Shown: in pieces, positions 18,960-27,640 of the stretch
Numbering within the stretch: position 1 is the first letter of the stretch
How the letters are laid out: every line of letters starts with the position of its first letter
IMG/VR virus record: IMGVR_UViG_3300034137_000032
Coordinates: 23,309-87,308 of that record
Source: a virus
Strand: one strand, 5' to 3'
Length of the DNA stretch: 64,000 bases
The notes under the pieces: model-generated
Told to the model about the DNA's origin: nothing
Database searches by the model: none
Seen by the model: the letters and a program-made list of their open reading frames with translations, nothing else
Position numbers and translations under genes: made by a program

Positions 18960-19350
18960 TTAATGCTATAAGCTTGGATAAGCCAATCAGCATTTTGATC
19001 CCAGCCGCCAGAGCCCGCCGGCGCGCCATCGCATCCGCGTTGGCCTGTGGCAGCGCGTACTGAGTTGCCTAGTGCCCGTCCGATCGGTTGAAACAGCGAC
19101 CCTTCGGTCGTCCTGGAGCCCGGTTTCCAAAAGAAACACATTCAGGTACAGCCACGCCTTGGACGAAGCCCGCCGGCACCTGCGCCGGGTGCTTCGCTTG
19201 AGCAAGCCAAACTAGCTGCCAAGAAACCGCCAGTTTCGCCGGCGCGCGCCTGTTCGACACCCACCGGCACCCCTCGGCTCTGCGTTACTCGGTGTTGTGG
19301 AATGGCCAGAACTGCAGCGGCAGCCCCGCAATGCTCCGTCGTATCGACAT
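18960..19350 (-). pseudogene. possible decayed gene remnant
   Basis: Short protein-like stretches in alternating minus frames, no intact ORF. Confidence 0.25.
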
Positions 19351-19393
19351 GGAAGTTGAGCAGCTGCCCTTACCGAAAACCACGCCTACTAAA

Positions 19394-20296
19394 TCAACTA
19401 CGCGATTGGTATTTTTCAAAATACTGTCCAGCCAATTTTTGTGCTTCCGTTAGCTCGGACTGGGATAGCTTTTTGGCCATCATGTCTCGATATTCTCTCG
19501 CTTTGGGATCTCCATTGGCAGCAGCGACCGATAACCAAATATAAGATTGCTTGTTGTCTTGGGGGATACCTTTGCCTAGGCCGTAAGCGACTCCAAGATC
19601 AAGTTGGCCATCAGCAGAGCCTTGCTCGGCGGCCTTGCGGAACCAGAAGACCGCTTGTTTGGAATCTTGCGGAACGCCATTACCGCGGTTATAGCAGAGC
19701 CCGAGGTTGTTCTGAGCAGTAGCATGGCCTTGCTCGGCGGCCTTGCGGTACCAGAACGCCGCTTGCGTGGAATCTTGCGGAACGCCATCACCGGTGTCAT
19801 AGCTGATCCCGAGGTTGAACTGAGCTTTAGCTTCGCCTTGCTCGCCGGCCTTGCGGAACCAGAACACCGCTTGCTTCGCGTCCTGAGCAACACCTTCGCC
19901 TTCCACATACATGCTGCCGAGACTGAGCTGGGCAACAGCAAGGCCTTGTTCGGCGGCCTTGCGGATCCAGAAGACCGCTTGCTTGGAATCTTCAACAGTG
20001 CCCTTGCCGTCGGCGTAACTTAATCCTAGGAGGAGTTGGGCTTCAGCTTCGCCTTGCTCGGCGGCCTTGCGGTACCAGAACACCGCTTGCTTGGAATCTT
20101 GCGCAACGCCATTACCGGTGTCATAGCTGAGTCCGAGGTTAAGCTGATTTGTGGCTTCGCCCTGTTTAGCCATTCTCCGAATTTCTGTTAGATCCTGATC
20201 GGCATGCGCATAGCTGGCTGACTGAAGCAACCCGAACACAAGAAATAACGAGCAAACGTATGCCCTACATTGTTTTCTTTCGATGAATCCGATCAC
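19394..20296 (-). CDS. secreted Sel1-like repeat protein
   Basis: Signal peptide (AYAHA) and six 36-aa repeats AQxxLGxxYxxGxGVxQDxKQAVFWxRKAAEQG. Confidence 0.92.
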   Translation of the reverse strand: MIGFIERKQCRAYVCSLFLVFGLLQSASYAHADQDLTEIRRMAKQGEATNQLNLGLSYDTGNGVAQDSKQAVFWYRKAAEQGEAEAQLLLGLSYADGKGTVEDSKQAVFWIRKAAEQGLAVAQLSLGSMYVEGEGVAQDAKQAVFWFRKAGEQGEAKAQFNLGISYDTGDGVPQDSTQAAFWYRKAAEQGHATAQNNLGLCYNRGNGVPQDSKQAVFWFRKAAEQGSADGQLDLGVAYGLGKGIPQDNKQSYIWLSVAAANGDPKAREYRDMMAKKLSQSELTEAQKLAGQYFEKYQSRS

Positions 20297-20428
20297 TTCC
20301 CTGCGCTCACTTCGTTCAAAGGAGTTGAGTTTAACGGATAAGGCGAAATTGCGCTGAGCTTATGGCCAAGCGACATTCACTGGCTTTTCAGATCCTTACG
20401 ATTGATCTATTAAGGCGTGACGGTGAGG

Positions 20429-20456
20429 ATTGGACATAATCGCGGTTACCCATAAC
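20429..20456 (-). other. dif/Xer-like recombination site (right)
   Basis: Minus strand GTTATGGGTAA-CCGCGA-TTATGTCCAAT; core shares 15/16 nt with the left site. Confidence 0.55.
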
Positions 20457-20459
20457 GCG

Positions 20460-20678
20460 TCAGGCCTGCTTCGATCCGGTCCAGTCCCCGTCGAAAAAGC
20501 CGCCTCCCGCTACCGCTTCTTTCCTGGGCTTGGCTCGGCCCAAGTGGTATTCGGCGTATTGACTGTTGCCGTCCTGCATCACGCAGACCGCCAGTATGCG
20601 CCAGCCTTCATCCAGCAATCCTTGCGCCTGGGTTTGCCCGTTAACCTGTTTCAGTTCGTTGATGTCTTCAATGCCCAT
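20460..20678 (-). CDS. hypothetical protein
   Basis: 72 aa, GGAG RBS. Confidence 0.65.
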   Translation of the reverse strand: MGIEDINELKQVNGQTQAQGLLDEGWRILAVCVMQDGNSQYAEYHLGRAKPRKEAVAGGGFFDGDWTGSKQA

Positions 20679-20738
20679 CGATACCGCTCCTTGGGTTGCA
20701 GGTTGGCCGTTCCAGCATGGCCCGGCCGGGGTGCCATT

Positions 20739-21032
20739 CTACAGGCTGTGCGCAGCGGTGCGCGCTTCGGCGATCAGCCCGGCCAGCTCGGCACCGTCCT
20801 CGGCGCTCAGCGTCACCTGCCACCACTGGTCTTTGCTCGCCTCGCCGGTCACCTTGCATACCGGGTTGCCAGCAAAGGTAGCGGACTCGATGCGCACCTG
20901 GGCAAACGGCGCACGCAGGCTGATGGCCGGGTTGCGCACGTCGAACTGCACAAAGTTGATGGCCACCGAGACGGTGACCGGCAGCGCGCCGGGCGGTTGA
21001 GCCACGGGGTGGTATTCACGGGTTATCATCAT
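20739..21032 (-). CDS. hypothetical protein
   Basis: 97 aa, AAGGA RBS. Confidence 0.55.
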   Translation of the reverse strand: MMITREYHPVAQPPGALPVTVSVAINFVQFDVRNPAISLRAPFAQVRIESATFAGNPVCKVTGEASKDQWWQVTLSAEDGAELAGLIAEARTAAHSL

Positions 21033-21155
21033 TTTTGGGGTTCCTTTCTATTCCTGAAATTCATCGAGCGAGACGATACCCTTGCCATGTTCATCAGGCA
21101 ATTGCTACAAGCAACCGGCAATGGCAAAATGCCGCTTTTTGACAGGTAAGCAAAG

Positions 21156-21851
21156 ATGGCGCTCATCGCCTGTGACGAATGCTCCAAGCAAATCAGTGAT
21201 ACCGCCCAATCGTGTCCCGGCTGTGGCGCGCCCGTGAAGTCGAACAGCAGACCAGCGAACCCAAGTCCATACCAGCCAACAAATCGCATGGTCAGCCTTC
21301 CGCTATTCCTTGGAATCGTCGTGTTGGCCCCAATCTGCGTGTGGTTCCTGCTTCGCAAGGGATACTCGACTGGATCTAGGGTCATTGGCTTTGCGTGGCT
21401 TGTAATCTCATTCTTTTTCGTACCGATACCGGACGCATTGGTTCCTGCCAGCTCCACACCGACCCATCAAGCAGCAGCATCAACCATTGCATCCTCCCCA
21501 GCTTCCCGCCCTGCGAATCAGCAACCCGAGAGCACTGCGACATACGCGCAGGTGAACGCAGATGTCGGGTGCAAGAGCACCTACAGCGATCAGAAGAAAG
21601 ACGACATATTCAAGGCCAAGTACAAAGATCGCTGGATGACATGGAGCGGCGAAGTAACGCTGCTGGAATCCGATGAAGCTTCATTGAACGTGGACCATGT
21701 AGGGACGCAAGACCTACGGGTGGATTTTGCAGACAAGGCCGCTGGGTACAATCTTGCTAAAGGCAGTGAACTGAAAGTGAGGTTCCTGATGAAGAGTGCG
21801 GGCGGGTGCTTCCTGCCTTTTGGCGGTGAGAAGGCCACTGTCGTTTATTAA
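21156..21851 (+). CDS. zinc-ribbon membrane protein with C-terminal OB-like domain
   Basis: CDEC...CPGC N-terminus, two hydrophobic helices. Confidence 0.75.
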   Translation: MALIACDECSKQISDTAQSCPGCGAPVKSNSRPANPSPYQPTNRMVSLPLFLGIVVLAPICVWFLLRKGYSTGSRVIGFAWLVISFFFVPIPDALVPASSTPTHQAAASTIASSPASRPANQQPESTATYAQVNADVGCKSTYSDQKKDDIFKAKYKDRWMTWSGEVTLLESDEASLNVDHVGTQDLRVDFADKAAGYNLAKGSELKVRFLMKSAGGCFLPFGGEKATVVY

Positions 21852-21870
21852 GCCCTTCGGGACAGTGCTT

Positions 21871-22143
21871 CTATTTCAACGGTTGCCCTGTCCACTTCAA
21901 AACCCCATCAGGCACTTCCGGAGTTTGGTCAGGCTTGAAACTATTCCTGCCTGCTCGCTCCGGGTCCGCACGGTTCGTTACCGCCACTTCCACGAGTGCT
22001 GAAAACTTCTCGTAAATCGCTGTTAACAAGAACCAGAATCCAGCGGTGAAACACCCGAGGGCAAAACCCGCAATTGCCCCAAGAACCCCGTGCCCGGACG
22101 CGCAACCCAAGCCGAAGCCCACAAACGTAGAGATGATCAACAT
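21871..22143 (-). CDS. small membrane protein
   Basis: Two Gly-rich hydrophobic segments. Confidence 0.55.
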   Translation of the reverse strand: MLIISTFVGFGLGCASGHGVLGAIAGFALGCFTAGFWFLLTAIYEKFSALVEVAVTNRADPERAGRNSFKPDQTPEVPDGVLKWTGQPLK

Positions 22144-22211
22144 CAGCCGCCGCGGCTAAAGTTTGTAATAGTCTGGCCGATGGCCATTTATCTAGCCTCG
22201 GACTGCCAGCA

Positions 22212-22967
22212 ATGCACGAAATCAAGATCATACGTACTGACAGGGTGCTCGGGTTCGACGATGACATCGTTGAAGTCCATGTGAACGACACGAAGCGTAA
22301 AATTCGCAATGGCGAATCGCTGGTTGTTCTCGAAGAAATTCCGGCAGACGTCCAGATTTTCGCCAGGGGTAAACAAACCTGGGAAGGTACAGTCTTAGCT
22401 AAAAAAGATGGTTCTGCGACGGTTTACGCTAGCATCACCGAAGCCATTGCCGCTCGCGAGGGCTGGACCGATACGAAAAAGACGCCGGTACAGCTGGTAA
22501 AGCCTGACCAGCCGGTGGGGCCGGTACTGAGTGCTCGTGCGGTCAGAATCAAAGCCGTCATGGATAGCAACGCAAGCTGGATGAAAGAAAACAAACAGAT
22601 TGCTTATACCTGCTACGGCTTCAGTGTCATTCCTGCGATTCTAGCCGTCTGCGCGCTTGCGCAAAGGAGTCCAGGGTGGGCGTTTATTTGCGGGATCGTC
22701 TTTGTCGCAGCGATCCTACTCGGGGTGTGTGCATACTTTCGACAGCCTGGAAAATGCCCTAAATGCGAGGCCCCCACTCTCACTAGAACCGACTACAACG
22801 AGAGTTTTATGGGCACCCGCTCGGTGCAGCGCGTCATCCGTAATCAGGTAACAAATCAGGACGAGCAGCGCACCGTGACAGTGAGCGACATCCAAGTGAT
22901 TGAGGACTGGCTTTGCGTAACGTGCGATCACGCTTGGAAGTATAAGCACTCCTACGTTTCCGAGTGA
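22212..22967 (+). CDS. membrane protein with C-terminal CxxC...CxxC zinc finger
   Basis: 251 aa, two TM helices, CPKC and CVTC. Confidence 0.7.
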   Translation: MHEIKIIRTDRVLGFDDDIVEVHVNDTKRKIRNGESLVVLEEIPADVQIFARGKQTWEGTVLAKKDGSATVYASITEAIAAREGWTDTKKTPVQLVKPDQPVGPVLSARAVRIKAVMDSNASWMKENKQIAYTCYGFSVIPAILAVCALAQRSPGWAFICGIVFVAAILLGVCAYFRQPGKCPKCEAPTLTRTDYNESFMGTRSVQRVIRNQVTNQDEQRTVTVSDIQVIEDWLCVTCDHAWKYKHSYVSE

Positions 22968-22979
22968 GTCTGCTGCTGC

Positions 22980-23348
22980 TCAGGAGGTCCGGCGATCGTG
23001 GTCGCGAATGCTGCGCGTCACCACTCCCCAAACGCTGAAATCCTCGCCCTCCATAACGTACCTGGGCGGGTAGGCAGGGTTTTCGGAGCGCAGCACGGGC
23101 ATATCCCCGGCAAAATCCAGGCGCTTGCACATGGGCTCGCCGTTGATGACTGCGATAATTATCCTGCCCCGCACGGGCTCGATCGCCTTGCTGACCACCA
23201 GCAGATCGCCGGAAAAGATACCGGCCCCCTGCATGCTGTCGCCCTCAACCCGCACCAGATAAGTGGCGGCGGCGCGGATCTCCAAGAGGTCATCCAGCGA
23301 TACCGGTTCGGTGTCAGCCAGCTCGCCGAAGGGATTGAAGTCGTCCAT
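22980..23348 (-). CDS. UmuD'/HumD-like S24 peptidase-domain protein
   Basis: RVEGDSMQGAGIFSGDLLVV...CKRL; likely start MDDFNP, no N-terminal arm. Confidence 0.85.
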   Translation of the reverse strand: MDDFNPFGELADTEPVSLDDLLEIRAAATYLVRVEGDSMQGAGIFSGDLLVVSKAIEPVRGRIIIAVINGEPMCKRLDFAGDMPVLRSENPAYPPRYVMEGEDFSVWGVVTRSIRDHDRRTS

Positions 23349-23355
23349 GCAGGCA

Positions 23356-23598
23356 CTACTCACCCGATTCCAGGCGGCCCAGAATCGACTCGGCTGCATC
23401 GGCATAACGGGCGTCGGCCAGGTGATTCAATTCGACAAGCTCGCTCCGATCGATCACGCCGAAGCGGTATAGCACCTCGGCGTGCTTGCGCAGCGCGCCA
23501 TGCTGGGATTCGGGCGTATGGCGCGCGGCGCTATCGTCCTCCAACAAGGCGTGCCACAAACCCAGTTCCCGGACCTTTATGTCGTCTTGTTCGCTCAT
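23356..23598 (-). CDS. hypothetical protein upstream of the umuD-like gene
   Basis: 80 aa, GAGG RBS. Confidence 0.65.
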   Translation of the reverse strand: MSEQDDIKVRELGLWHALLEDDSAARHTPESQHGALRKHAEVLYRFGVIDRSELVELNHLADARYADAAESILGRLESGE

Positions 23599-23612
23599 GG
23601 GGGCGTTCCTCT

Positions 23613-23867
23613 CTACTGGTTGTCGCTGGCATCTATCGCCGTATGCGTAACGGTGAGAACGCCATCCCTCTGCAGCCGTTCAATCAATTGTTCCCAGGTT
23701 TCTCCAGGACGCGCTTTTCTGGCCAGCTTGGCCCGCTGCGCCTGATCAAGATCGCGCAGCTCGGGCACGCTGTTCTCATATGCCAGCTGGTGCCCTAATC
23801 CTCGAAACTCATAGTGGTCAGTGGGCGCAGCGCGCATGAACCCAGGGCCGGACGCCTTTTTATCCAT
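23613..23867 (-). CDS. hypothetical protein
   Basis: 84 aa in a closely packed operon. Confidence 0.55.
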   Translation of the reverse strand: MDKKASGPGFMRAAPTDHYEFRGLGHQLAYENSVPELRDLDQAQRAKLARKARPGETWEQLIERLQRDGVLTVTHTAIDASDNQ

Positions 23868-23870
23868 GCT

Positions 23871-24203
23871 CTACTTTCCTGGATGGTTGGCTTGGTAGGC
23901 CGCATACACGACCTGGATGTCCTCGGACTCGGCGACAGCCACCCAGTGCTGCTGCTCCTGATCACTGAGCCCTGTCCACCACCCATACATTTCCATCGCT
24001 TGCTGGGCGATGCTTTTACGGGTTCCGATCCTGTTCTGGGTAGTCCTGAATGTGTAGGAGCCGCGGCCGTCCGGCAGGGTGCCGTTCCCGCTCGATGCGC
24101 CATCGTGAATCATGTCCGTGACGTCCTTGTACATTTGCGCGATGTCATCCTCGGCGGCGGCCTCGAAATCCATCGTTACGTTGACTTTAAAGGGCTCAGT
24201 CAT
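23871..24203 (-). CDS. hypothetical protein
   Basis: Start MTEPFK with AGGA RBS. Confidence 0.6.
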   Translation of the reverse strand: MTEPFKVNVTMDFEAAAEDDIAQMYKDVTDMIHDGASSGNGTLPDGRGSYTFRTTQNRIGTRKSIAQQAMEMYGWWTGLSDQEQQHWVAVAESEDIQVVYAAYQANHPGK

Positions 24204-24296
24204 TGCTGGCAGTCCTGCATATGTGTTGTTGAGAGAGCAAGTCCCCGCCATTTTGTCAGCAGCCCAGCAGTCCCGTCCACCTGGCGGCTTTCGGCC

Positions 24297-24494
24297 CTAA
24301 TGCGCTGCTTTGTCGCCCTCGTTGGGCACTTCGGCTCTTTCCAGCATTTCTGCCTCAACTGTTCGGCACACCGCGCAAACCAGTGCGCCGTCCCGCTCGG
24401 CCTCCTCGCCGCATATAACGCACAAGCCAAATGTACTCCGCTCGCTTATGGGCACGACTTTCAGCCAGTTGATATACATCGGTTCATCGTTCAC
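24297..24494 (-). CDS. small zinc-finger protein
   Basis: CVIC...CAVC. Confidence 0.5.
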   Translation of the reverse strand: MNDEPMYINWLKVVPISERSTFGLCVICGEEAERDGALVCAVCRTVEAEMLERAEVPNEGDKAAH

Positions 24495-24589
24495 GATTCA
24501 TAGCTCCTTATTGTTCGCTGCCGATCGTCGCTAATGAGCGGCGATCACCGTCTGCACGTTCCCTTTCCGAGTTGCTTTGGCGCAGAATA

Positions 24590-24605
24590 CTGGTTATCCA
24601 TACAC
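24590..24605 (+). promoter_or_regulatory. possible LexA (SOS) box
   Basis: CTGGTTATCCATACAC, one mismatch from CTG-N10-CAG. Confidence 0.45.
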
Positions 24606-24618
24606 ATGACAAACCGCC

Positions 24619-24870
24619 ATGACACGCACATTACCGCGATTTAATCCCACGTCCCTGTCCGAGCTGCGGCGGATCTGGCGCGAATATCCTACACAAGACA
24701 TCCGGAATTTAGCGCTTGAGGTAGAGCATTACCGGCGATTAGTGGCTGACCTCGATAAGCTCTATCTCACAATCCATCAGGCATGGCGCGAGGAGGTCGG
24801 CGGCAACCTAATTGCACTGCACCGCATGCAGTGCGCGCTCACCCAGGAGCGCGAGCGGCTGAAGTTATAG
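24619..24870 (+). CDS. hypothetical protein, possibly SOS-induced
   Basis: 83 aa helical protein behind the LexA-like box. Confidence 0.65.
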   Translation: MTRTLPRFNPTSLSELRRIWREYPTQDIRNLALEVEHYRRLVADLDKLYLTIHQAWREEVGGNLIALHRMQCALTQERERLKL

Positions 24871-24872
24871 CA

Positions 24873-25970
24873 TCAGAATCCGATGTCGCTAGCGGTCGTG
24901 CCGGTCTTCCAGCTGGCGGCGCGGTCGCGTAGCTTTTTGAACGCAGTTTTCGGCAGGCGGGCCAGATATCGCTTGTGATCGTCATACCATCTGTCCAATT
25001 GCTCCTTGGGCGTCAGATCAGCCGCCAGGCGCGCCTTTGTCACTTGGTAGGCCTTGGAAGACGTTACCAGTTCATAGAACGCGTCGGAACCGGTGACGGC
25101 CACTCGGATGGCGCCTTGAGCCCGCATTTCCGTTGCCTGGCGCTCGTTGCGTGCGAGTAACGCCCCAGCGCTTTCGCTGGTGAACAGAGCGTGACAGGCC
25201 TCACGCAGCTGATCGTTCGCCCCATGCTGGGCGTAGGCAAAATCCGGCACCTCAGCCTGGGCCTCGTTGGCGATCAAGCTCCAGCGTTTGGTTTCAATCC
25301 ACATATCCTTGGTAACGAACTGAATCCGCCAGTTCTCGACTGTGTTGCGATCGCGCTCCAGCTGGATGTAAGCGGGTTTCATGTTGTAGCCGTACTTCAA
25401 ACCGGTATCGCAGACGAACAGGCCGTTGACATAGAGCTTCCCTGGGCGGCTGGGCAGGATCTGGCCGCGACTGGTCTCGATAGCATCCCGAATCGGCGGC
25501 TGCATTTGCAGGCAGCTGTCCTTGATCGCTTCCACGTCCGCCATAGACAGGCCGTCGATCTCGAACGACAGCCGCCGCTCTGCACCTGGGTTGGCAGTCT
25601 CCTGGACTTGCAGCGTGTTCTCCCCGAACGTCTCGCTGTGCGTGAAGCCAGGGCGCCAGATCACTTCGCCGTTGTGGCAGGTGACGCCGTAACCCATTCG
25701 AACAAGCACCAGCATGGCCAGTTTGAAGCCCTCGCCGAACTGGCCAATGCTTTGGCGACAGTCGCGCTTGGTGCTGGCGCCCAGCAGCAGGTGGCGCGGT
25801 GAAAGAGTCACGCCCGGGCTGCTGATCACCAGCGACTCCTCTGCGAACTGATATTCGAAAGGCGCCTCGCTGTCGATCGCATTCTGGATCAGCTCGTTGA
25901 CCGCCTTGGTGAGACCCCACGAACTCACGTAACCCTCGGCTAGGCCCAGTTCATACACTTTGCTAATCAT
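24873..25970 (-). CDS. GHKL (HATPase_c) ATPase-domain protein
   Basis: ELIQNAIDS and IGQFGEGFK motifs; start MISKVY. Confidence 0.8.
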   Translation of the reverse strand: MISKVYELGLAEGYVSSWGLTKAVNELIQNAIDSEAPFEYQFAEESLVISSPGVTLSPRHLLLGASTKRDCRQSIGQFGEGFKLAMLVLVRMGYGVTCHNGEVIWRPGFTHSETFGENTLQVQETANPGAERRLSFEIDGLSMADVEAIKDSCLQMQPPIRDAIETSRGQILPSRPGKLYVNGLFVCDTGLKYGYNMKPAYIQLERDRNTVENWRIQFVTKDMWIETKRWSLIANEAQAEVPDFAYAQHGANDQLREACHALFTSESAGALLARNERQATEMRAQGAIRVAVTGSDAFYELVTSSKAYQVTKARLAADLTPKEQLDRWYDDHKRYLARLPKTAFKKLRDRAASWKTGTTASDIGF

Positions 25971-26042
25971 TGCTTGCCCTTCACGGTAGGTTGCAACCGG
26001 GTTGCATGCGCCGGACGGCGCGGTATTTGCCCCGTGCCGCCT

Positions 26043-26083
26043 GGAAACAGGCGCTGGCGGGGTTGATTGGTGGGGTTCATACT
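26043..26083 (+). promoter_or_regulatory. putative late promoter (plus strand)
   Basis: GGAAA (26043-26047) -N30- CATACT (26078-26083). Confidence 0.55.
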
Positions 26084-26093
26084 GCGCCCCATA

Positions 26094-26139
26094 ACAACTA
26101 CTTGCTAACATAGTAGTTACGTTCTGCTAAGCAATGCAA
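26094..26139 (-). promoter_or_regulatory. sigma70 early promoter with two operators
   Basis: TTGCAT-N18-TACTAT; operators TTAGCAGAACGTAAC and TTAGCAAGTAGTTGT. Confidence 0.65.
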
Positions 26140-26156
26140 CCACTGAGAGGCAAGCG

Positions 26157-26654
26157 ATGGATTTTTTTGTGTCAGTAAGCGGATATGAGGGGCAGCCCAC
26201 CACGATCGTCGGGGGCCTGGATGAAGAGACGAACATTCTGGTAATCGCCGGACGAATGAAGACATTCCAGACCGCCCGCATTAAGGGACGCGAGGATATT
26301 TCGGTGGTGTCGAACCTGGGCTTGCCGGACGTGGACTTTCAGTTTCGAGACGAGCATATGCGCGAGGCGATCATCGCGTACCAGAACCGAACCCTTTTGA
26401 ACACGATCACCCTGGACCCCGCGCTAAAGCAGCTCGACCCTCGGAGCGTGTTCGAAAAGGACGACATAAAGGAGGGCAAACAGACCTACCGGATACTACC
26501 CACTATCAGTAATGGCCAGCTCGCCGTCCTGATCGCCTGCGGGTTCTGCGAGCTGCAGGCCCGCATCATGTCCGCGCAGGTCTCCCTGGACGAGATGAAC
26601 GATCTGTACGACGCCGGTGGCGAAAGCGACCTTTACGACGCGTACACGATATGA
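26157..26654 (+). CDS. conserved P1-family protein, probably morphogenetic
   Basis: MREAIIAY...SNGQLAVL resembles a P1 protein; lies under a late promoter. Confidence 0.6.
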   Translation: MDFFVSVSGYEGQPTTIVGGLDEETNILVIAGRMKTFQTARIKGREDISVVSNLGLPDVDFQFRDEHMREAIIAYQNRTLLNTITLDPALKQLDPRSVFEKDDIKEGKQTYRILPTISNGQLAVLIACGFCELQARIMSAQVSLDEMNDLYDAGGESDLYDAYTI

Positions 26655-27569
26655 TCAGGGGATAGGGTTATTCAGGGTGGCATCGTCGCCCTTGGCGCCC
26701 TGCTCCACCGACGTGGCCTGAAAGCTGCCCTCGGAATTCACCGTTACCTGCAGTGGCTCGTCAGAATCGGGCCGCTTGGGCAGGCCAATCACCGCTTTCT
26801 CGCGCCCCTGCCCTTCCGCGCCATCGAGCACCTCGCCGCCCTCCAGCTCCTGAGCAATCTCCTCGCCGGTGACCACCGGCTCGCCGCCTGTTTCCAGCAG
26901 CTGCGGCTGGCCATCGTCGGTCGGCACCGCAACCGTAGTTTCCTGATCGCTTTCGGGCTCCTTGGGTAGGCTGATCACAGCCTTGACGCCGCTATCATTG
27001 ACGATAGCCAGACTTTCGTCCGCAGCTGCGGCCGCGGCCAGGGCCTCGGGCGTGGGCGATGCACCGGTCACGACCGTCTCGACCGCATCGAGCACCGGCG
27101 AACTGAGCTTGTTCGTCAGCTCCTGGACGGTCTCCTGGCGCTCGGCGATTTCCTTATCCAGGTAGACCACCCGTTCTTTCAGCGCATCGACCATGCGCGG
27201 CGCGGTGGTTCTGATGCCTGCAGGCAGCTCGGCCTTGATCCGGGCTTGAGCCTTCTGGAACTTGCCCTGATTCGCTTCGGCGATCGAGGCGATTTCGCCG
27301 ATCGCCTTGTTTGGATCTGTCTGCTGGTGGATCGGTACCAGCGAGCCGTTAAGCAGTACCTGGGCGATGTCGCCGGACTGACTGACGCGCAGGGTCACGG
27401 CTTGGCCGCTGGCCAACGTGAGCATGGCTTCGCGGTAGGTGACGCCGGACGTGCGGCGCAGTTTGTCGTTAAAGGCAGTTTGCACCACCGGCTGGCCGGC
27501 ACGGCCCATGAGCGCGGCGATCCGCTTGAGCGACTTGGGCGCTTCCTGCGGAGAAAGGTCGAATGGCAT
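26655..27569 (-). CDS. hdf: Hdf-like protein (DarA-related domain) with acidic extension
   Basis: RRTSGV...SGQAVTLRV...GDIAQVLLNG. Confidence 0.7.
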   Translation of the reverse strand: MPFDLSPQEAPKSLKRIAALMGRAGQPVVQTAFNDKLRRTSGVTYREAMLTLASGQAVTLRVSQSGDIAQVLLNGSLVPIHQQTDPNKAIGEIASIAEANQGKFQKAQARIKAELPAGIRTTAPRMVDALKERVVYLDKEIAERQETVQELTNKLSSPVLDAVETVVTGASPTPEALAAAAAADESLAIVNDSGVKAVISLPKEPESDQETTVAVPTDDGQPQLLETGGEPVVTGEEIAQELEGGEVLDGAEGQGREKAVIGLPKRPDSDEPLQVTVNSEGSFQATSVEQGAKGDDATLNNPIP

Positions 27570-27597
27570 TGCGATAAACCTCTGGTTCTATGCAGCG

Positions 27598-27640
27598 AGT
27601 GTGCGGCAACCGCCAGGGGTCACCGTGCAGACGTTTCCGG
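27598..27640 (-). promoter_or_regulatory. putative late promoter
   Basis: GGAAA (27638-27634) -N30- CACACT. Confidence 0.55.

Noticed and set aside
19560-20130. 108-bp DNA repeats
   Set aside because: Explained by the Sel1 protein repeats
24528-24569. TTTCCG resembling the late-promoter element
   Set aside because: No nAnnnT hexamer at 29-30 nt
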